64,000 nucleotides of DNA, taken from IMG/VR virus record IMGVR_UViG_3300008108_000201; one strand, written 5' to 3'. The stretch's first letter is position 1; every line of letters begins with the position of its first letter. This DNA comes from an uncultured virus (IMG/VR IMGVR_UViG_3300008108_000201). Its lineage: Duplodnaviria; Heunggongvirae; Uroviricota; Caudoviricetes. The notes beneath the pieces were generated by a model, which was not told where the DNA came from, did no database searches, and worked only from the letters and a program-made list of their open reading frames with translations. The position numbers were made by a program, and so were the translations under genes. Below are positions 58,803-64,000 of this stretch, piece by piece.

Positions 58803-60098
58803 ATGTATTACATAGTTGAGACTAAAGAACAGCTTGCAAAGTTACCTAAAACGGATAAATGCTTTGTTGATTTAGTTGCACTTTCCGAAGAATCACATCC
58901 TCTTCTTACTGTCCCTTCCGCACTCTATTACAACGACTTCGAAAAAGGGTATATTATACCAATTAATCACTCAGAAGGATTTTCTCTAAGTCTAGACGAT
59001 ATACAGAATTTTCTGTTTGAGATCGACAAAGTTTACCTGCTAGATAAAAAATGGCATTCCTACTTTCTCTATTTGCCGCAAGCCGTAGACCTATACTTCA
59101 ATATTCTAGATAAAGATGGAGAAATCAAAGATATTCAATGCTACACACCTGTTCATCTAGACTTCTATAATAAGTTCAAGTACTCAGAAGAAGTAAATAC
59201 TCTAATACCAATATCTAAGCATTACGAAAAGTGTGAATGTATGTTTAACGCGGTAAAAGACTATGCCGGAAGGGAAAGTAATGTAGAATGGCAAAATGAG
59301 TATATAAAAGCGTATAAATGGGTAGAAGAACAGGGTCTGACTGTAAATGAAAGGGTTTTCGATAAGTTTTTTGAGCCTACATGGAAGGCTAGATCTGTGA
59401 AAGATAACCGAATCTACACAAGCTATAACCTTTACAACATAACCTCTAGGCCTACCAATGCATTTAATGGAATTAACTTTTTAGCCTTCAATAAAGAGAA
59501 CGGATCTAAGACGGCTTTTGTACCTCAAAACGATGTTCTTGTAGAGTTTGATTTTGATGGGTACCATTTGAGATTGATTGCAAATATGTTAAACGTATCC
59601 CTACCTTCTGATGAATCTATTCACGTTATTTTAGGTAGACAGTATTTTGGAAAGGAAGAATTAAGTTCGGAAGAATATCAAGAATCTAAAAAAATAACTT
59701 TCCGGCAGCTCTACAACGGGATTGAAGAAAAATATAAGCATATAGAATTATTTGATAAGGTTAACTGGCTACTCGAGGCAGGATGGGCTGAATATAAAAG
59801 GAAAGGCTTTCTTGAATTACCAAACAAGCGAAAAATAAAGATAGAAAACGCCAATCCGCAGAAGCTTTTTAATTACTATGTTCAATGTCTAGAGACCGTA
59901 AACAATGTAAAAAAGTTAATTGATTTACGCGAGTTATTTAAAGGGAAAAAGAGTAAAGTCATCCTGGTAGTATACGATTCAATTCTTATTGATTATTCAA
60001 CTGAAGACGGAAAAGGATTTTTAAAGCAGATCAAAGATGTTTTGGAAAAGGACAGATATAGGGTGAAAGCACAAAAAGGCGATAACTACAACTTTTAG
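58803..60098 (+). CDS. Compact family A DNA polymerase-like protein
   Basis: TSRPT, motif A EFDFDGYHLRLIA, motif B-like SKKITFRQLYNG, NYYVQ, motif C VYDSILID. Confidence 0.75.
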   Translation: MYYIVETKEQLAKLPKTDKCFVDLVALSEESHPLLTVPSALYYNDFEKGYIIPINHSEGFSLSLDDIQNFLFEIDKVYLLDKKWHSYFLYLPQAVDLYFNILDKDGEIKDIQCYTPVHLDFYNKFKYSEEVNTLIPISKHYEKCECMFNAVKDYAGRESNVEWQNEYIKAYKWVEEQGLTVNERVFDKFFEPTWKARSVKDNRIYTSYNLYNITSRPTNAFNGINFLAFNKENGSKTAFVPQNDVLVEFDFDGYHLRLIANMLNVSLPSDESIHVILGRQYFGKEELSSEEYQESKKITFRQLYNGIEEKYKHIELFDKVNWLLEAGWAEYKRKGFLELPNKRKIKIENANPQKLFNYYVQCLETVNNVKKLIDLRELFKGKKSKVILVVYDSILIDYSTEDGKGFLKQIKDVLEKDRYRVKAQKGDNYNF

Positions 60099-60119
60099 AA
60101 GAAATTATAGATATTTATT

Positions 60120-60539
60120 ATGGCATACATTGAACTAACGCAAGACCAATTGAAGAATAAGTTATTTTGCACATTTTCTCCTAAAGACCGGCTGGATGAC
60201 ACCCTTAACTTGATACAGGGGGAATACTCTATCATGTACGGTAAGATTTTTGTGTTAGAGTCAATCGATTCAGAAGAGCTTCTCTGTACTTATAATATTG
60301 AGATTGAAGGTAGTACTACAAGAGTATTACCGAATACCATCCTACTACATAGAAAAAAAGAGACAAACACTCTTTACACTATTAATAGCCTTAATCTGCT
60401 TATTAAAACACTTAATGAAGGAGTTCTCGATACTTCCTTCCGGATTAATTGGCACGATTACAAGAACACAGTCCTCCTCTCGCAAGGAGATGAGCTTAAG
60501 AAGCTTTCCACAAAAATTCACAAAATAGTCAACATATAA
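60120..60539 (+). CDS. Hypothetical protein
   Basis: LFCTF, NTILLHRKKETNTLYTINSLN; 139 aa. Confidence 0.7.
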   Translation: MAYIELTQDQLKNKLFCTFSPKDRLDDTLNLIQGEYSIMYGKIFVLESIDSEELLCTYNIEIEGSTTRVLPNTILLHRKKETNTLYTINSLNLLIKTLNEGVLDTSFRINWHDYKNTVLLSQGDELKKLSTKIHKIVNI

Positions 60540-60569
60540 GTTGATAATTTGTAAATTACTCCTTACATT
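60540..60569 (+). promoter_or_regulatory. Host-sigma-type promoter GTTG-N20-TACATT
   Basis: Upstream of the SSB gene; 20-nt spacer. Confidence 0.55.
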
Positions 60570-60608
60570 CTTTTATTAACGTAATTTTTAAACTAAAAAC
60601 TATAAGTT

Positions 60609-61415
60609 ATGGGTATGGATTTAGGCGCAATCAAGTCTAAACTAAGTGCCTTGCAAAGCCAAAAGCAAGGCGGTCAAAAGAGAGATATGTCTCTCATTCT
60701 CTGGAAACCTACAGTAGGTAAGCATTCTGTGCGTATTGTACCTGCGTTGTGGGACAAGGCAAATCCTTTTAAGGAGATTTTAGTTCACTACGGTATCGGT
60801 AACCGTACTATGATTTCTCTCGTTAATTTCGGGGAGAAAGATCCAATCGTTGAGTTCGCCAAGCAGCTTGCATCAAGCGGGGACAAGGAAAATTGGATGA
60901 TGTCTCGTAAGCTCGAACCAAAAATGCGCGTTTTCACACCTGTGATTGTTCGCGGGGAAGAAGAGAAGGGTGTTCGCCTTTGGGAATTCGGTAAGCAGAT
61001 TTACGCTGAACTTTTAAGTCTTGCTGATGATCCGGATATCGGAGATTATACCGATGTTATTCAGGGTCGCGATATCACTATCGAAACTACTGGACCTGAA
61101 ACTAACGGTACTTCCTTTAATCAATCCAAGGTACGTGTTCGTACCAAAACTACTCCTTTGTCCGAAGATGCAGCCGAGGTACAAAAGTGGTTAAATAATC
61201 AACCAGATGTATTTTCTATCTTTAAGAAGTACCCTTACGACGAAATGAAAGAAGCACTTCTTGGCTGGTTGAATCCAGAAGAGACTACTGACGAGCCTGC
61301 TCCTGCTACACCTAAACAAGAAGCTGCACCAGTTGAAAAGCCTGCTTCTCTTTCCCTAAATACTCCGAAGGCTAAACCAAGCATTGACGAGGAATTTGAT
61401 GACCTATTTAAGTAA
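60609..61415 (+). CDS. Single-stranded DNA-binding protein (gp32-like)
   Basis: WKP, VRIVP, GEKDPI, GVRLWEFGKQIY, DVIQGRDI; acidic tail DEEFDDLFK. Confidence 0.8.
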   Translation: MGMDLGAIKSKLSALQSQKQGGQKRDMSLILWKPTVGKHSVRIVPALWDKANPFKEILVHYGIGNRTMISLVNFGEKDPIVEFAKQLASSGDKENWMMSRKLEPKMRVFTPVIVRGEEEKGVRLWEFGKQIYAELLSLADDPDIGDYTDVIQGRDITIETTGPETNGTSFNQSKVRVRTKTTPLSEDAAEVQKWLNNQPDVFSIFKKYPYDEMKEALLGWLNPEETTDEPAPATPKQEAAPVEKPASLSLNTPKAKPSIDEEFDDLFK

Positions 61416-61422
61416 TTAATTT

Positions 61423-62499
61423 ATGGCTAAACTAGCTAAAGCCTCGTTAAACGAAAGTGTAGCGGGAGCTGTCAAGGGTACTTTTAACTTAGAGAAGTTT
61501 ATTCAATCAAAAAACCTCTCAAGTACTTCGATAAAAATGAAAGAGCAGACTTGGATTCCTTTATCTAAGGCCTTTCAAGATTGCCTATCTATTCCAGGCA
61601 TTCCAGTAGGACATATCACGCTACTTCGCGGACATTCTGATACCGGTAAGACTACTGCTCTCCTCGAGGCTGCAGTTAGCGCACAGAAGATCGGTTTTTT
61701 ACCTGTATTCATTATTACTGAGATGAAGTGGAATTGGGAACACGCCAAGCAAATGGGACTCGTGTTCGAAGAAGTACCTAACGAAGAAGGCGAGGTTGCT
61801 GACTACAAAGGATTTTTTATCTATGTAGATAGAGAAAGACTTAATACTATTGAGGATGTAGCAGCATTTATCGCCGATCTTCTCGACGAACAGAAAAAAG
61901 GTAATCTTCCCTACAACCTATTATTCCTTTGGGATTCTGTAGGATCTATTCCTTGCCGTCTATCTGTTGAGTCAAACAAGAACAATAACGAGTGGAACGC
62001 AGGCGCAATGTCTCAACAGTTTGGTAACTTTATCAACCAGAAGATTGTTTTGTCCCGTAAGCAAAGTCAACCTTATACTAATACTATGCTTGCTGTAAAT
62101 AAAATCTGGGTAGCTAAAGCAGAGAACATTATGGCCCAGCCTAAGATGAAGAACAAGGGCGGTGATACTATGTACTTCGATGCTTCCTTAATTATTACTT
62201 TCGGAAATGTAACTAATTCCGGAACTAATAAGATTAAAGCAACTAAGAATGGAAAGGATGTAGAGTTTGCAAAGCGTACTAAGGTTAGCTGCGATAAGAA
62301 TCACGTTAACGATGTTACATCGACCGGACGGGTTATTATGACTGCACACGGGTTTATCGATGATACTAAGCAAGCAATCGATGCTTATAAGAAACAATAC
62401 TCTAAAGACTGGTTAAAAACTCTCGGCTCAGTCGATTTTGATGTAGTAATTGAAACCGATGAAGACAACAAAGATGTATTTGATCCTACCGAGGAATAG
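61423..62499 (+). CDS. uvsX: RecA/UvsX-like recombinase
   Basis: GIPVGHITLLRGHSDTGKTT (Walker A), IITE, LWDSVGS, KGG, KNH. Confidence 0.85.
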   Translation: MAKLAKASLNESVAGAVKGTFNLEKFIQSKNLSSTSIKMKEQTWIPLSKAFQDCLSIPGIPVGHITLLRGHSDTGKTTALLEAAVSAQKIGFLPVFIITEMKWNWEHAKQMGLVFEEVPNEEGEVADYKGFFIYVDRERLNTIEDVAAFIADLLDEQKKGNLPYNLLFLWDSVGSIPCRLSVESNKNNNEWNAGAMSQQFGNFINQKIVLSRKQSQPYTNTMLAVNKIWVAKAENIMAQPKMKNKGGDTMYFDASLIITFGNVTNSGTNKIKATKNGKDVEFAKRTKVSCDKNHVNDVTSTGRVIMTAHGFIDDTKQAIDAYKKQYSKDWLKTLGSVDFDVVIETDEDNKDVFDPTEE

Positions 62500-62514
62500 T
62501 ATATCTTTAAGAGT

Positions 62515-62952
62515 ATGACGAGAATTAACATAGGTATTCCACCTAAGGAGTTAACTAATAAGCATTTAATTGCTGAACATAGAGAGTTAAAGCGCATACC
62601 AAACGTTGTAGCAAAGGGTAAATATAATCTCAAGAGCGTTCCTCAAGAGTTTACCCTGGGTAAAGGTCATGTATCATTTTTTTACGACAAGCTAGGATAT
62701 TTAAAAGAGAGATACATTGACCTCTACAACGAATGTATATTTAGGGGATTTCAAGTACAGAGTTATTTAGCGTCATGGGACGGTGTACCGCAAGAGTTAA
62801 TGAATAGTTATACTCCAACAGATAAGGATATTTGTATAATCCGTGAAAGGATAGCTGAAAGATTGGCTAATCCGATTGCAAAACAAAAAAAGAATGGATT
62901 ACAGAAAGATGTTCGAGCAGATGGAGAAACAAGAGCCGGTAGACTTACATAA
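62515..62952 (+). CDS. denV: Pyrimidine dimer DNA glycosylase / endonuclease V
   Basis: MTRIN, HLIAEHRELKRI, FTLGKGHVSFFYDKLGYLKERY, RERI.E match T4 DenV. Confidence 0.92.
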   Translation: MTRINIGIPPKELTNKHLIAEHRELKRIPNVVAKGKYNLKSVPQEFTLGKGHVSFFYDKLGYLKERYIDLYNECIFRGFQVQSYLASWDGVPQELMNSYTPTDKDICIIRERIAERLANPIAKQKKNGLQKDVRADGETRAGRLT

Positions 62953-63910
62953 GAATAGTAGAGTTTTAATTGTCGATTCGCTAAATACCTTCTTACGCAG
63001 TTTTACAGCAATTAGTCACATAAATCCAAGCGGGGCGCACATTGGAGGTCTAGGCGGCTTTCTTAAATCTATAGGAGCAGCTATAAGACAGTTACAGCCT
63101 ACTAGGGTTATTCTAGTCTTTGACGGCCAAGGAGGATCTACAAATAAAAGATACCTCTACCCCGAGTATAAAGCAAATCGGCATATAACTAAAATCTCAA
63201 ACTGGGATGCATTCGACAACCAAGAAGAAGAATCTGAATCAATAACTGCACAAATTGTACGTCTAGTTGATTATCTCAAGTGTCTCCCTGTTGATTTAGT
63301 TATTATAGATAAAATAGAAGCCGACGACGTTATAGGGTATCTTGCAGGGCAATTTACCGAGAAGGTATTTGTATTATCAACCGATCAAGACTATTTACAG
63401 CTTGTTAACGACAACGTTTTCGTTTTTTCTCCAATCAAGAAAATCATTTACGATCCCGCAACAGTTATCGAGGAGTACGGAATACCTGCCCATAATTTTC
63501 TAACCCATAAAGTTATAGTAGGTGATAAGGGAGATAACGTACCTGGTGTTAGAGGTATTGCAGCTAAAACCTTAATCAAATTATTTCCTGCTATTACGTC
63601 GAGTGAGGAATTTACTTTAGAGAAACTACTAAATGAATGCGTAGGGAAGGATAAAAAGTATGCCGATGTTTATAATTTTCGCAATCAGTTAGAGATCAAT
63701 AGGAAATTAATGGATATTCAAAATCCAAACATTCCTGAAACGGATAAAGAGGTATTAAATCATATTATAGCCAATCACAATAACGAGTTTAATCCTGAGA
63801 GCTTCGTTAAGCTATACAACGAAGACCAGTTAGGTAAGACAATGCCAAGTCCACATTTATGGTTGAGTGAAATATTTTCAAAATTAGCTAAGTTCGAGTT
63901 GAAAAAATAA
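62894..63910 (+). CDS. 5'-3' exonuclease / RNase H (T4 rnh, FEN-like)
   Basis: LIVDSLN, VFDG, YPEYKANR, EADDVIG, STDQDYLQL, GDKGDNVPGVRG; ATG at 62894. Confidence 0.9.
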   Translation: MDYRKMFEQMEKQEPVDLHKNSRVLIVDSLNTFLRSFTAISHINPSGAHIGGLGGFLKSIGAAIRQLQPTRVILVFDGQGGSTNKRYLYPEYKANRHITKISNWDAFDNQEEESESITAQIVRLVDYLKCLPVDLVIIDKIEADDVIGYLAGQFTEKVFVLSTDQDYLQLVNDNVFVFSPIKKIIYDPATVIEEYGIPAHNFLTHKVIVGDKGDNVPGVRGIAAKTLIKLFPAITSSEEFTLEKLLNECVGKDKKYADVYNFRNQLEINRKLMDIQNPNIPETDKEVLNHIIANHNNEFNPESFVKLYNEDQLGKTMPSPHLWLSEIFSKLAKFELKK

Positions 63911-63927
63911 AGAAAGGTTCTTATATT
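63898..63927 (+). promoter_or_regulatory. Host-sigma-type promoter GTTG-N20-TATATT
   Basis: 20-nt spacer; ends 5 nt before ATG 63933. Confidence 0.55.
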
Positions 63928-63932
63928 ATCAT

Positions 63933-64000
63933 ATGGGAGTATTAAATCAGTTACAGCAGTATGGAGTAAGCTTTCAAATAAAAGTTTTATCAAGCCTACT
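63933..64000 (+). CDS. Start of a CDS truncated by the window edge, possibly the replicative helicase
   Basis: MGVLNQLQQYGVSFQIKVLSSL; the product guess rests on replication-module context only. Confidence 0.45.
   Translation, partial: MGVLNQLQQYGVSFQIKVLSSL

Noticed and set aside
1..64000. Minus-strand and nested ORFs in the track (e.g. 13883..14446, 17445..17960, 29115..29648)
   Set aside because: They overlap well-supported + strand genes, show no recognisable motifs, and are explained as antisense shadows of biased or repetitive codons.
1..64000. Stop-codon reassignment, as seen in some large phages
   Set aside because: Core genes are full length in the standard code, and TAG and TGA both end genes at sensible boundaries (e.g. 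35507, 39377, 62499, 10514).
1..64000. tRNA or rRNA genes
   Set aside because: Intergenic gaps are short and none showed a cloverleaf with a T-loop consensus by eye; tRNAscan-SE would confirm.

Overview
A 64-kb segment of a large T4-like myovirus (contractile-tailed dsDNA phage). Every credible gene is on the + strand in the standard genetic code. In order: a cluster of small proteins with shared N-terminal leaders plus a GH19 endolysin (1-6.6 kb); terminase, portal, head proteins, prohead protease, scaffold and major capsid protein (7-18.4 kb); PhoH and neck/tail-terminator genes (18.5-21.7 kb); Ser/Thr/Gly-rich fibre genes carrying four six-bladed Kelch-like propellers (21.8-34.5 kb); a 17-gene tailoring operon with five 2OG-Fe(II) oxygenases, a halogenase-like flavoprotein, a glycosyltransferase, a sulfotransferase, an APS-kinase-like protein, a nucleotidyltransferase and a HAD phosphatase (34.8-44 kb); sheath, tube, tail chaperone, tape measure and baseplate (44.5-58.7 kb); and replication genes (PolA-like, gp32-like SSB, UvsX/RecA, DenV, 5'-3' exonuclease, start of a probable helicase). 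Promoter shape and the general lack of Shine-Dalgarno sites suggest a Bacteroidota host (inference). The most interesting signals are: (i) unrelated cargo proteins whose N-terminal leader copies the scaffold C-terminal motif (R-x-Q-x-[IL]-A-G-[IL]) and ends in a protease-type [LI]-x-E site, a putative modular capsid-loading system; (ii) a self-contained hydroxylation/glycosylation/sulfation operon beside the Kelch fibres; (iii) a probable +1/-2 frameshift on a T9 run before the tape measure gene; (iv) a 14-bp duplication that splits a fibre gene; (v) two separate promoter-like motif classes; and (vi) structured 5' leaders. All product calls come from motif recognition by eye; no database search was run.
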